A DNA stretch of 61,351 bases, the filler included. It is 10 parts of 10 records of this genome, joined end to end, with 100 filler letters (N's around TTAATTAATTAA, not from the genome) between each part and the next. Parts side by side here need not be neighbours in the genome. Positions count along the whole stretch, not along the records: positions 41,564 to 48,154 come from SRR31156797_80497; positions 48,255 to 54,274 come from SRR31156797_80669; positions 54,375 to 61,351 come from SRR31156797_80700; 7 more parts are not named here. One strand, written 5' to 3'. Position 1 is the stretch's first letter. Each line of letters opens with the position of its first letter. The notes under the pieces were generated by a model. That model made no database searches, was not told the origin of the DNA, and saw only the letters and a list, made by a program, of their open reading frames with translations. The translations under genes and the position numbers were made by a program. Below are positions 48,107-59,072 of this stretch, piece after piece.

Positions 48107-48154
48107 TTTTAGGCCCCTTCGGGGGCATTCAACAAAATGATAAGGAAAAAAATA

Positions 48155-48254
48155 NNNNNNNNNNNNNNNNNNNNNNNNNNNNNNNNNNNNNNNNNNNNTT
48201 AATTAATTAANNNNNNNNNNNNNNNNNNNNNNNNNNNNNNNNNNNNNNNNNNNN
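48155..48254. other. Artificial contig linker
   Basis: N-run/TTAATTAATTAA/N-run. Confidence 0.99.
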
Positions 48255-48335
48255 TATCCCGACAATTGCCATCACGGCAATCAGTTCCGGTAATGAAAAT
48301 CCGGCGGTTTTTAATTTTATTATTACCAAACACAT
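48255..48335 (-). CDS. Minor pilin/pseudopilin N-terminus (FimT-like); 3' truncated, not in the ORF track
   Basis: MCLVIIKLKTAG|FSLPELIAVMAIVGI, a class III signal peptide with E5. Confidence 0.75.
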
Positions 48336-48543
48336 GAACCTGGCACCTTAAACGGTTAAGATGGACATCTAAAGAGCAGGGGACCGTCGAGAATTACGAG
48401 GATGAGACTTGGATCTGGATACCTATATATGTACCATTAATTTGGATTCCTGTCCAAAATAAATTTACCTTAGGGCTTTTAGGCCTGATTAAACAAGTCG
48501 TCTGTACCTCTTAAATCTGTCGCCGGGCAGAATTGTTTTTTGC

Positions 48544-49539
48544 TTATACTTTCAGATCTTTATTAGCTTCCATATCAAACCACATGGCAAACAAAGAAAA
48601 CTGACTTGAACTCATAAATGAAAACATGGCAGCCAGAGCATTTACAGCCGGAATATGGTCGGTCAGATACCAGACTATGAAAACTCTTGAAAACAAAAGG
48701 ATGGTACATATTCCGAACCCGAATCCCAGAAAATAGAAAAAAACAAGGGGGTGAAAATCCCGTATGATATATTTTTCTTTCATCCTCCAGAGGAATAGTT
48801 TTATCAGAAGCCAGCCGATGGTGAAAATCACTTTATGAATTTTGATGCCTGACTTTTCACCAACATTATAAATGGGTTCCACCGGTACATCCGCCACTCT
48901 GAAATTTTCAACATTTAATCTGATGAGCAGGTCATTCGGCTGTCCGTATCGCTTGTACATTTGATCCCAGTTTATTGTGTTTAAGGCTTTTTTATTGATA
49001 ACGGTATATCCTGACTGGGAATCGGCAATATTCCAATATCCCGATGCTATTTTGGTGAAAAGGGATAGAAAACCGTTTCCCAGATACCTGATGGCCGGGA
49101 TTTTTTTATATGCGGCTCCCGTAAACAGGCGGTTGCCTTTTGAATAGTCTGCACGCCCTTCTGCAACCGGATCGAGAAGCGCTGGAAGGTCAAGGGGATC
49201 CATTTGACCATCTCCGTCCATTCTGACTGCTAAATCCAGGTTATTATCTCTTGCCCACTTATATCCGCTGGCAAGCGCCCCTCCGCATCCTTGATTTTTT
49301 CTGTGTTTGATCAGAACAATTTTATCATTGGTCGTCCTAGCCGTTTCTACACGGTGAATGGTGTTGTCACTGCTATTATCGTCAACTATAACTATATTAT
49401 CAACATATTCGGGAACCGATTCAATGACGGCCTTGATCTGATTTTCTTCATTGTAGGCCGGTATCACGATACATATGGATTTGTTTTTATAAATTTTTCC
49501 TGCTCCTTTTGATACTCGGTTAACCGCAATCCCTGTCAC
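48544..49539 (-). CDS. GT2 glycosyltransferase (polyprenol-phosphate glycosyltransferase-like)
   Basis: IPAYNEE, VDD.S.D, N.G.G.A, DGDGQ, D.QSGY; C-terminal TMs. Confidence 0.9.
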   Translation of the reverse strand: MTGIAVNRVSKGAGKIYKNKSICIVIPAYNEENQIKAVIESVPEYVDNIVIVDDNSSDNTIHRVETARTTNDKIVLIKHRKNQGCGGALASGYKWARDNNLDLAVRMDGDGQMDPLDLPALLDPVAEGRADYSKGNRLFTGAAYKKIPAIRYLGNGFLSLFTKIASGYWNIADSQSGYTVINKKALNTINWDQMYKRYGQPNDLLIRLNVENFRVADVPVEPIYNVGEKSGIKIHKVIFTIGWLLIKLFLWRMKEKYIIRDFHPLVFFYFLGFGFGICTILLFSRVFIVWYLTDHIPAVNALAAMFSFMSSSQFSLFAMWFDMEANKDLKV

Positions 49540-49563
49540 GGTTTATCTATGTCCTGTGCTTTT

Positions 49564-49929
49564 TCATGTAAAAACATATTTTTTCTGAATAAAAAATCGT
49601 ATCAGCCCGAAAAACAGGACATTGATACCGATTGCAATCAAGTATTGAATTTCAAATAACGCAACCAGGAAATTATATACGAGATTGTTAAAAACCCAAA
49701 ACAAAATTAAAACAACCAGGAATCTCCATGCAGACCTTTTGTTGTATTTTGCAGAGAATACGAATTTGGAATTTAAAATGTATTGGATCACATATGCTAT
49801 CGAGAGGGTAATCAAATAGGAAAAATTGGGCAGGAGCCCAATGGTATCGGTTAAAAAATAGGTGCCGTAGAAAATTATAAAATAATTAAGCAAAGTCACC
49901 ACACCGTATTTGATAACCTGAATCAGCAT
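49564..49929 (-). CDS. GtrA-like small flippase-associated membrane protein
   Basis: 121 aa, four TMs; Y.LN.KFVF and F...K.YVF motifs. Confidence 0.8.
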   Translation of the reverse strand: MLIQVIKYGVVTLLNYFIIFYGTYFLTDTIGLLPNFSYLITLSIAYVIQYILNSKFVFSAKYNKRSAWRFLVVLILFWVFNNLVYNFLVALFEIQYLIAIGINVLFFGLIRFFIQKKYVFT

Positions 49930-49933
49930 GGGG

Positions 49934-50515
49934 TCATTTTTGGGCCAATAAAATAGTCCATGGCGTCGTTGTTACAACATTGACTATTTTAAAATATTTT
50001 TTCACCAAACGGACAACACCGGCCTTTGACCAATGATTTATATGGCCCGGAGTGTTGCCGAAGTCCTTTAGATACGCCCCTCTTACCATGTTTAGAATCC
50101 GCCATAACGGTTCGTTGGGAACGCTGATCATGCAATATTTTTTCGATACCCTGTGCAATTCTTGCAGCGCCCGGCCGGGATCGGATAAATGCTCTAGTAC
50201 TTCCAGTAAAATAACCAGATCAAAACTTTGGTCCTCCCGGTTCAGATGATAAACGGACTCTATTGTTATTTTAATGTCAGGATTTTTCCCTTTTGCGTCT
50301 TTAACAAGGGGTTCATCAATGTCGGATGCCGCAACCATTGACCGGCCGAAAATTTTGCGAATCTCTTGTGTTGAATATCCATGTCCGCAACCAATTTCCA
50401 ATACGGTATTGATTTCATGCCTTACGGGCCGTGAGATTTCATTGATTTGATTAAAAAAATTTAATAATAATCGGTTGGTTATGATATTTGCATTTGAATA
50501 TTTTGCTTTATACAT
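49934..50515 (-). CDS. Class I SAM-dependent methyltransferase
   Basis: VLEIGCGHG, FDLV..LEVLEHL.DP..AL.E, SVPNEP, GH. Confidence 0.88.
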   Translation of the reverse strand: MYKAKYSNANIITNRLLLNFFNQINEISRPVRHEINTVLEIGCGHGYSTQEIRKIFGRSMVAASDIDEPLVKDAKGKNPDIKITIESVYHLNREDQSFDLVILLEVLEHLSDPGRALQELHRVSKKYCMISVPNEPLWRILNMVRGAYLKDFGNTPGHINHWSKAGVVRLVKKYFKIVNVVTTTPWTILLAQK

Positions 50516-50528
50516 TTTTTGTAAGCCT

Positions 50529-52181
50529 TTATTTAGAAACTTTTATTCCATAAAGACCAAAACCGTCTTTTGCGTAAGTCAGGTTCATTTGGTTAAAGAG
50601 CGCCATGACCAATCGTTTTTCTGTATTGGAAAACTGGGTTTCCGCCCATTGGTTAAACAATCCGTAATTGATGATAAGATCGGTAAATCCTTCTTGAGTC
50701 AACCCATCAATGATATCTTCACTTTTTTTTGAGTTTTGGACGATTTTTTTAAACAGATTTTGATCAAATATCATTTTATGATCTGAATAGTATCTTCGAT
50801 TGCCTAAAAAGAGAGCCAGGATTTGATGGTCCGGGCCAAGGTTTTGGTTGGCATACTCAATTGTGGAGAATTCAGGCCAATATCGTTTTATATAGCCGGT
50901 CCTCGTGATTTTTCCGGATAAATACTCAAGTGGTTTGGTCCGTTCAAACTGGGTTATTATATAATCTATATTAATCGAGGACATTGCCAGAAAAATTATC
51001 CCGGCAATTATTATTCCTCCTTTTTTTTGAGGAACGGCATCGAAGATATTTTTTAACCCTAAAATAGAAAGTATCAAAAGGGGGGGGATTGAGGGGCCGA
51101 TCCATCTTATCCGCATATCCTGCTTTAAAAATACAATTAAAATAAAAAGCAGTGAAAACGAAAAAAAAATGCTGACATCGGAAAATCCGCTTCCATGAGA
51201 TTCTGTTTTCCGGACAAATACAAAAAAGGGAAGAAAAAAAAGAAAAGGATTGAGAACACCATCAAAGTATTGCGGGTTATTATCAGTGCCCTGGAAAAAA
51301 ATCCGACCGGGGATTAAAAGAATCTCCCACCATTTTTCACCATAGATGACCTTTCTGACGGCAAAATGTCCCCAGCCGTCAGAAAAGCTGGTCACACTGA
51401 CGGCAGTGTCGGCCCTAAGCCCCGGTTTGAAATTTAATATTCCGTCAAACAGCGGAAAAATCGGATTTCCCGTCCAGATAAAATTTTTGACCAACCAGGG
51501 AGAAAAAACGACCATCGTAACAGCGATGAAAACGAGGCCGTATTTCAGTGCCTTCATCTGATTCCTAGCATTGCGGGGGGTTGATCTTGAATATACAAAG
51601 ACAATCAGGCCTGATAGTATAAAAAAAGTGATCAGTCCATTGTACTTTGTTCCGAGTGCAAGACCACAAAAAACAGATGCATAAATCAGGTATCTCAGAT
51701 TAAAGTCATTGTCCCGCCACTTCAGAATCTGTAATAGGGAGGCCGTTGAAAAAAAAATTAGCCCTAAATCCACATATACAGTTGTGGATAGCTTAATGAT
51801 GATGGGAATCATTAAAAAACTGACCGCCCCCAACATCCCCCAGTTTTTATTCAGCTTGTTTTCAAGATAGAAGAAAATTAATATTGCGGTCAAGATGCCA
51901 AATGCGCAATGGATATATTTGGGAATGATATCATTACCGAAATACAGGGGGATGGTATATAAAAACTGAAGATTCATGGGATAATATGAAAATTCAATAT
52001 AGGGAATTTCAAATATACCGCCATGAGTTAGATATAATTTGGGGATTGTCAGATGATGGGTTAAAGCATCCCTGCTAACAGGGGGGACACTTGCCAATAA
52101 ACCCAAGCATATCAACAGGACTATCCCCCCTGCCAAAAAAAGCAGAAATAAATATTTTTCGTGAGGTTGTTTTTCCATCAT
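50529..52181 (-). CDS. ArnT/PMT-like GT-C membrane glycosyltransferase
   Basis: Multi-TM; D.L.HHL..PK.Y, YVD, GLALGTKY, PW..KN...TGNP.FP. Confidence 0.75.
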   Translation of the reverse strand: MMEKQPHEKYLFLLFLAGGIVLLICLGLLASVPPVSRDALTHHLTIPKLYLTHGGIFEIPYIEFSYYPMNLQFLYTIPLYFGNDIIPKYIHCAFGILTAILIFFYLENKLNKNWGMLGAVSFLMIPIIIKLSTTVYVDLGLIFFSTASLLQILKWRDNDFNLRYLIYASVFCGLALGTKYNGLITFFILSGLIVFVYSRSTPRNARNQMKALKYGLVFIAVTMVVFSPWLVKNFIWTGNPIFPLFDGILNFKPGLRADTAVSVTSFSDGWGHFAVRKVIYGEKWWEILLIPGRIFFQGTDNNPQYFDGVLNPFLFFLPFFVFVRKTESHGSGFSDVSIFFSFSLLFILIVFLKQDMRIRWIGPSIPPLLILSILGLKNIFDAVPQKKGGIIIAGIIFLAMSSINIDYIITQFERTKPLEYLSGKITRTGYIKRYWPEFSTIEYANQNLGPDHQILALFLGNRRYYSDHKMIFDQNLFKKIVQNSKKSEDIIDGLTQEGFTDLIINYGLFNQWAETQFSNTEKRLVMALFNQMNLTYAKDGFGLYGIKVSK

Positions 52182-52244
52182 AGCCTTAGGCCCTGTGAAT
52201 TGGGGGTGTCATTTTAAGGTTGATACTGAATTCCAGGCAATTTT

Positions 52245-53387
52245 TCATTTTACCTCGGCCAGAATATCCGAAGGGATTGTTCCTAGATACAAATTCCCGT
52301 TGATGATATAGGAGGGCGTCCCGGTAACGCCGGCCTTTGCCCCGAAGGCAATATCTTTTTTTAACATCAGGCGGATTGGTTTTTGATCCAGTGCCCATGC
52401 CAATTCTTCAGGTTTTATTTGGGTTTTTTCAGCAAGCTCAGTTAAATCAATGGACCCTTTTGAATGGTCGATTTGAAACAGATGGTCGTTCATTTCCCAA
52501 AACCGCTTTTTCATTCCGGCGTAAATTGCCAGCATTGCCATTTTACCGGAGCCCGGGTGCAGGTCATCTTCTATGGCAAAATTAAATTCCTTGTCCAGGG
52601 GAAAATGTTTGTGAACCAGCCTGATTTTATAAGGATTTTCAGCAACAATAGATCTTAAATAAAAATGCATTTTTTTGCATTGAAAGCATAGATAATCCGT
52701 ATATTCGATGATGGTCACCTCGGGTTCCTTGGCGCCAATCCAATGGGATCCATCCCGGGTAATGCCGGATTCCGGTTTTAAAAGATCTTTGTTTGTTTCA
52801 AAAATCCAATATTGGGGAAAAACTATCCATATGCCCACAACAAAAACTGAAAATAATATAAGCAAAAGCCTTAATACTGGAGCGTTTAAATATGAAACAT
52901 CTTTGGCCAGTCCTTTCCATATTCCGCCTTTTAATTGTTTTATGCCGATATAGGCGTAAAGGTTAAGGGCAAAATTGATCGCATAAAAAACAAGACACAT
53001 CAAGCAATAACTGTGGATATAAAAACTGGAGATGAGCCCTAGAATCAGGCAATAAGCCGAAAAAAAAGAAACAAGAAGAAAAAACAGGGCCCATAATCTG
53101 TTGCCGGTATTTTTTTTCTGGAATAAAAACGGAAACAAGAAAATTAACAGCGAATATCCTATAACGCCCCAGATGGGAACCGGCAGACCCAATAAGATAG
53201 AGTAACTGCTTTGGGATACGGTATCACAATTTATTGCTTTTGAGATGGCACAGAAGCTGGAATATCCGATGTCGGTATAGACCCTGTAATGGGAGATGGA
53301 AAGGTAAACTGAATTTAAAAATCCTGCAAGAATTAAGATCCCGCCCGGAACAATATTATATAGAGCCCTGTTTTTCATAATCGTCAC
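52245..53387 (-). CDS. VKOR-DsbA/thioredoxin fusion protein
   Basis: VKOR C-x7-C..V..S.YS...G.P and CLMC; DsbA-like EYTDYLCFQC, HFPL, GTP. Confidence 0.9.
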   Translation of the reverse strand: MTIMKNRALYNIVPGGILILAGFLNSVYLSISHYRVYTDIGYSSFCAISKAINCDTVSQSSYSILLGLPVPIWGVIGYSLLIFLFPFLFQKKNTGNRLWALFFLLVSFFSAYCLILGLISSFYIHSYCLMCLVFYAINFALNLYAYIGIKQLKGGIWKGLAKDVSYLNAPVLRLLLILFSVFVVGIWIVFPQYWIFETNKDLLKPESGITRDGSHWIGAKEPEVTIIEYTDYLCFQCKKMHFYLRSIVAENPYKIRLVHKHFPLDKEFNFAIEDDLHPGSGKMAMLAIYAGMKKRFWEMNDHLFQIDHSKGSIDLTELAEKTQIKPEELAWALDQKPIRLMLKKDIAFGAKAGVTGTPSYIINGNLYLGTIPSDILAEVK

Positions 53388-53527
53388 ACATAACCTTAGA
53401 TTTTTTTGAGACAGGTCAATTCATTAACATAAAAATTATTTTGGGTCATTCAATTTTTTCATCTTTGTGCCACCTGCCTTTTGGGGTTCGATTCGTTTTC
53501 TCGATAAGATAACCCATCGCCAGCAGA

Positions 53528-53542
53528 TGACATTATTTGTCA
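53528..53542. promoter_or_regulatory. Palindromic enhancer-like site (candidate PilR-type activator site)
   Basis: TGACA-ttatt-TGTCA about 130 bp upstream of the sigma54 promoter. Confidence 0.5.
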
Positions 53543-53672
53543 CACCAGCGCAAAAGATTGTAATTTCCATACTTGACGATCCCTTTGTTTTGGATTTTAG
53601 ATACGCTACGGGATTCTGTTTTTTTTGAATGATTACAAAGGTGTATAGAATTTATTCGTAAAAATCAAATGA

Positions 53673-53689
53673 TTGGCATTCAATTTGCT
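53673..53689 (+). promoter_or_regulatory. Sigma54 (-24/-12) promoter of pilA
   Basis: TTGGCATTCAATTTGCT, GG-N10-GC. Confidence 0.8.
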
Positions 53690-53744
53690 TTAATCTAATT
53701 CCACGTAAGAAAATTTTATTAACCAATAATTTAAGGAGCTTTAA

Positions 53745-54149
53745 ATGACACTTAACAAATCAAATGAAAAAGGTTTTACCCTGATTGAGTTGATGATCGT
53801 AATCGCGATCATCGGTATCCTGGCCGCCATCGCAATCCCGAATTTTATTTCCTATCGGGATAAGGCCTTTTGCTCTGCTGCAGAGAGCGACGCGCATACC
53901 GTTGCATCAACAATCGCTGATTATTTTGCCATTCCGGCAAACACATCACTTCAGGCAATTAATGCTGCCCAGAATTACACCTTACCTGGGCAGACTCTAA
54001 CTGAGATGAGTGGTGCTAACACAGTTACGGTTACCGTGGCTGGTGGTGTCTATACTATTGCTGTAACGGATGCCAGTGGACGCTGTCCTGCTAATTACCA
54101 AGCTGGCAACCCTGAGTGGGCCGGCAACATTTTTACAAAAACCTTGTAA
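53745..54149 (+). CDS. pilA: Type IVa major pilin
   Basis: [35 protein letters not shown]; own promoter and terminator. Confidence 0.93.
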   Translation: MTLNKSNEKGFTLIELMIVIAIIGILAAIAIPNFISYRDKAFCSAAESDAHTVASTIADYFAIPANTSLQAINAAQNYTLPGQTLTEMSGANTVTVTVAGGVYTIAVTDASGRCPANYQAGNPEWAGNIFTKTL

Positions 54150-54184
54150 TCAAACAAACAAACATCTAATTCCTTAAGCGCTTA

Positions 54185-54224
54185 GGGGGAAAGAGATCTC
54201 GAAAATCTCTTTCCCCTTTTTTTT
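54185..54224 (+). terminator. Intrinsic terminator after pilA
   Basis: ggggaaagagat-ctcgaaa-atctctttcccc followed by a T-run. Confidence 0.88.
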
Positions 54225-54274
54225 GTTCAAATGCAAACCGCAAAACTTGATCAGCGCTCATGCCATTGGCGCCT

Positions 54275-54374
54275 NNNNNNNNNNNNNNNNNNNNNNNNNN
54301 NNNNNNNNNNNNNNNNNNTTAATTAATTAANNNNNNNNNNNNNNNNNNNNNNNNNNNNNNNNNNNNNNNNNNNN
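54275..54374. other. Artificial contig linker
   Basis: N-run/TTAATTAATTAA/N-run. Confidence 0.99.
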
Positions 54375-54424
54375 GCAATAAGCTAAGCCTGACCCCGGCT
54401 GTCGCTCAGCCGGTATTTCTACGA

Positions 54425-55192
54425 TTAAGCGTGGTCGGCGATGAGGCGAAGGCCTTCAAGGGTCAGGGCGTTGTCCACGGTCTCAATGGTTTCGGACACG
54501 TCCGCGATGAGGCCGGCAAGGCCCCCGGTGGCAATGACCTTGGGGGCGGTCTCCATTTCCTTTGCCATCCTTCTGACCATGCCGTCCACCAGGGCGGCGT
54601 TGCCGAAGATGAGGCCCGACTTGATGCTGTCGATGGTGTTGTCGCCGATCACGGTGGGGGGCGCCTTGAAGATCTCCACCCTTGGCAGCTTGGACGCCCG
54701 CTGGAACAGGGCCTCGGCCGATATCATCACCCCGGGGGTGATGGCGCCGCCCAGGTATTCGCCCTTGTGGGAGATGGCGTCAAAGGTGGTGGCCGTGCCA
54801 AAGTCGATGATGATCATGCTGGTTTGGTACCGGTCATAGGCGGCCACGGCATTGACGATCCGGTCCGCGCCCACCTCGGCCGGATTGCTGTAGAGGATGG
54901 GCATGAGCTTCTTTACCGAATCGGGATTGATCCAGAGGGGCGCCTGGTTCAGGTAGTCCCTGCAAAAGGTGTCCAGGATGCTGTTGGCCGGGGGAACCAC
55001 CGACGAGATGACGGTCCTTTTGATGGTTGACATGTCGAAGTTCTTGTCCGCAAAAAGCGCCTTGGCAAGGATGTTGAACTCGTCGGCGGTGCTTTCCCTT
55101 ATGGTCCTGATCCGCCAGTCCACAATCAGGGTGTCCTTGTCAAATACGCCCAGAACGGTATTGGTGTTTCCCACATCTATTACCAGCAGCAT
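54425..55192 (-). CDS. coaX: Type III pantothenate kinase
   Basis: IDVGNTN, SSVVP, VGADR, IDFGTATT, GGAI.PG, ATGG, LTLEGL. Confidence 0.95.
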   Translation of the reverse strand: MLLVIDVGNTNTVLGVFDKDTLIVDWRIRTIRESTADEFNILAKALFADKNFDMSTIKRTVISSVVPPANSILDTFCRDYLNQAPLWINPDSVKKLMPILYSNPAEVGADRIVNAVAAYDRYQTSMIIIDFGTATTFDAISHKGEYLGGAITPGVMISAEALFQRASKLPRVEIFKAPPTVIGDNTIDSIKSGLIFGNAALVDGMVRRMAKEMETAPKVIATGGLAGLIADVSETIETVDNALTLEGLRLIADHA

Positions 55193-55201
55193 GGCTCTCC
55201 T

Positions 55202-56122
55202 TTATTTAATGGTTACGGTGAACAGTTCGGGTCTGGTGTCGGCAAGTATCAGACCCACGGGAAGCTCGATGACCGCCCGGCGCACGTATACCCCGGGGGC
55301 CAGTCCTTCCAGGTCAATGTATATCCTAAACTGTTCCCTGAAGCCACTTTTTTTCAGGAGGTTCTCGGGGCCTTTCACCTTTATTTCCATGGTGGGCGGC
55401 AGAATGGTGGTTTTCGGGGGACTGTTTTTCCCTGTGATCGTGATATCTTCAAAGTTTTGGGTGACAATGGTTTCCACAATGGGAACCGTGGCCGTCACCA
55501 TGGTTGTGGAGGCCTCCGTCGTTCCTGAAAAATCAAGGTCCAGGGGCAGGTTTTTCTTGAAATTTTCCCTGGCATTGTTGATGTCAATCGGTTTTGTCTT
55601 GATCCAGGCAAGGGAGCCGATGGCGGATTCCGCACCGATTACTTCCACCACCAGGGGATCCGTGGCCGCGTCCAGGGCGGTGTAGCCGGGGGCGGGTTTG
55701 CCGGTGTAGGGAACATGGACCGGCAGGCGCCGGGTCAGTTTCCGTTCCAGCTGCACCGTGATGAACGACGGGGAGATGGCGGTGATGGCAAGCTTCGGGT
55801 GGAGGGGGAGTCTCTCTTCCATCACCGGGATGGAGTAGATGCCGGGGTCGATGGTGCTGGCGGTTCCCGCGGGATCCAGGGCCAGGTCCGTGTACAGGTC
55901 CACAAGATAGGTCAGGTCCTCCTGGCCGGCCCGCTCGACGAGCCGGGACGGTCCCTTGATCCGGATTTCCAGGTTGGTGGCATGGGTCGGGATTTTAACC
56001 AGGTTTGAGGGCGGGGACGAGAATCCCAGGGGAACCAGCAGGTTGGTCTCTTCCGGCTCCTGGGCGCACCCGGTCAACAGGGTGAGGACGGCCAGGGCTG
56101 TGATGACAACAATATGCCTCAT
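55202..56122 (-). CDS. CdaR/YbbR-domain lipoprotein
   Basis: Lipobox LTGC; three YbbR-like repeats (V.GP...., G.PAPGY, DL.GL.PG). Confidence 0.82.
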   Translation of the reverse strand: MRHIVVITALAVLTLLTGCAQEPEETNLLVPLGFSSPPSNLVKIPTHATNLEIRIKGPSRLVERAGQEDLTYLVDLYTDLALDPAGTASTIDPGIYSIPVMEERLPLHPKLAITAISPSFITVQLERKLTRRLPVHVPYTGKPAPGYTALDAATDPLVVEVIGAESAIGSLAWIKTKPIDINNARENFKKNLPLDLDFSGTTEASTTMVTATVPIVETIVTQNFEDITITGKNSPPKTTILPPTMEIKVKGPENLLKKSGFREQFRIYIDLEGLAPGVYVRRAVIELPVGLILADTRPELFTVTIK

Positions 56123-56165
56123 CCGGGATTCCCTTTGTTCATGTTCGGTGTTTTTCCAGCCTGGT

Positions 56166-57028
56166 TCAGGCGTTCATGATGGCTGCGATGATCCGGGCCG
56201 CCGGGGCAAAGGCTGCCACATCATGGACCCTGACGATCTCGGCGCCGTTCAAAAGACAGGCCGCGGCAGCAGCCATGGTGCCCTGTTCCGCCGCAAGGTC
56301 ATCGGCCTTGACGGTCTTGCCCAGGGAGTCGGACAGGATTTTCTGGATGAACGATTTCCGGGACGGCCCCATGAGAAGGGGGAAACCCAGGGCCTTGACC
56401 TGGGCAAGATGCTTGATGAGCATCAGGTTGTGGTCCACCGTTTTGCCGAATCCGATGCCGGGATCGAGGATGATCCTGTCCCGTTGAATGCCGGCGGAAA
56501 GGGCCACTTCGATCCGGTCCGTGAGGTGGTCCGTGATCTCCTTCATAAGGTCGTCGTAGGACGGGTTGAGCTGCATGGTCTCGGGGGTTCCCTTCATGTG
56601 CATGAGGATGATGGGAACCCCCGTCTCCCGTGCCACATCCGCCATGGCCGGATCGGTCTCCATGGCGGATATGTCGTTGATGATGGCGGCGCCGGCCTTG
56701 ATCGCCTCCCGTGCCACCTCGGCCTTGACCGTGTCGATGGAGATGGGAACGTCGATCTGTTTGGACAGCCGCTCAATCACTGGAATGACCCGTTCCATCT
56801 CCTGGTCTGCCGGGACAGGCTCGGCAAACGGCCGGGAGGACTCCCCGCCGATGTCGAGGATCCCGGCGCCTGCCTTGACAAGCTCCAAACCGTGGGCCAC
56901 GGCGTTCTCCAGGCCCAGGTATTTGCCGCCGTCGGAAAACGAGTCCGGGGTGGCGTTGAGGATGCCCATGATGCAGGGCCCCTTGTCAAAATCGAGAGAG
57001 AAACGGTTCCATTCCATTTTGTTTGTCA

Positions 57029-57029
<1 letters not shown>
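56166..57029 (-). CDS. folP: Dihydropteroate synthase
   Basis: MGILNATPDSFSDGG, DIGGESSRP, SIDT, DPGIGFGK, SRKSF, RVHDV. Confidence 0.97.
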
Positions 57030-58999
<1,970 letters not shown>

Positions 59000-59072
59000 G
59001 AGTATTTCCTTTTCTGATAGGTTAAATTTTTTTAAACATCCATACAGGAACCATAATAACCATGTATTGCGA

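Larger units (their letters stand above)
41564..48154. mobile_element. Internal part of an integrative element (prophage, satellite or ICE-like)
   Basis: Serine integrase, RadC/JAB, XRE repressor divergent from an early operon, MTase-helicase and DUF2958; no housekeeping genes. Confidence 0.8.

Noticed and set aside
5836-54374. Nine recurring TTAATTAATTAA motifs within N-runs
   Set aside because: Artificial joins. Neighbourhoods across them are meaningless, and ORFs running into X residues are truncated.
54375-54396. gcaataagctaagcctgacccc at the contig start as a Y1-transposase element end
   Set aside because: Only 22 bp with no transposase or second copy in the window; cannot be supported.
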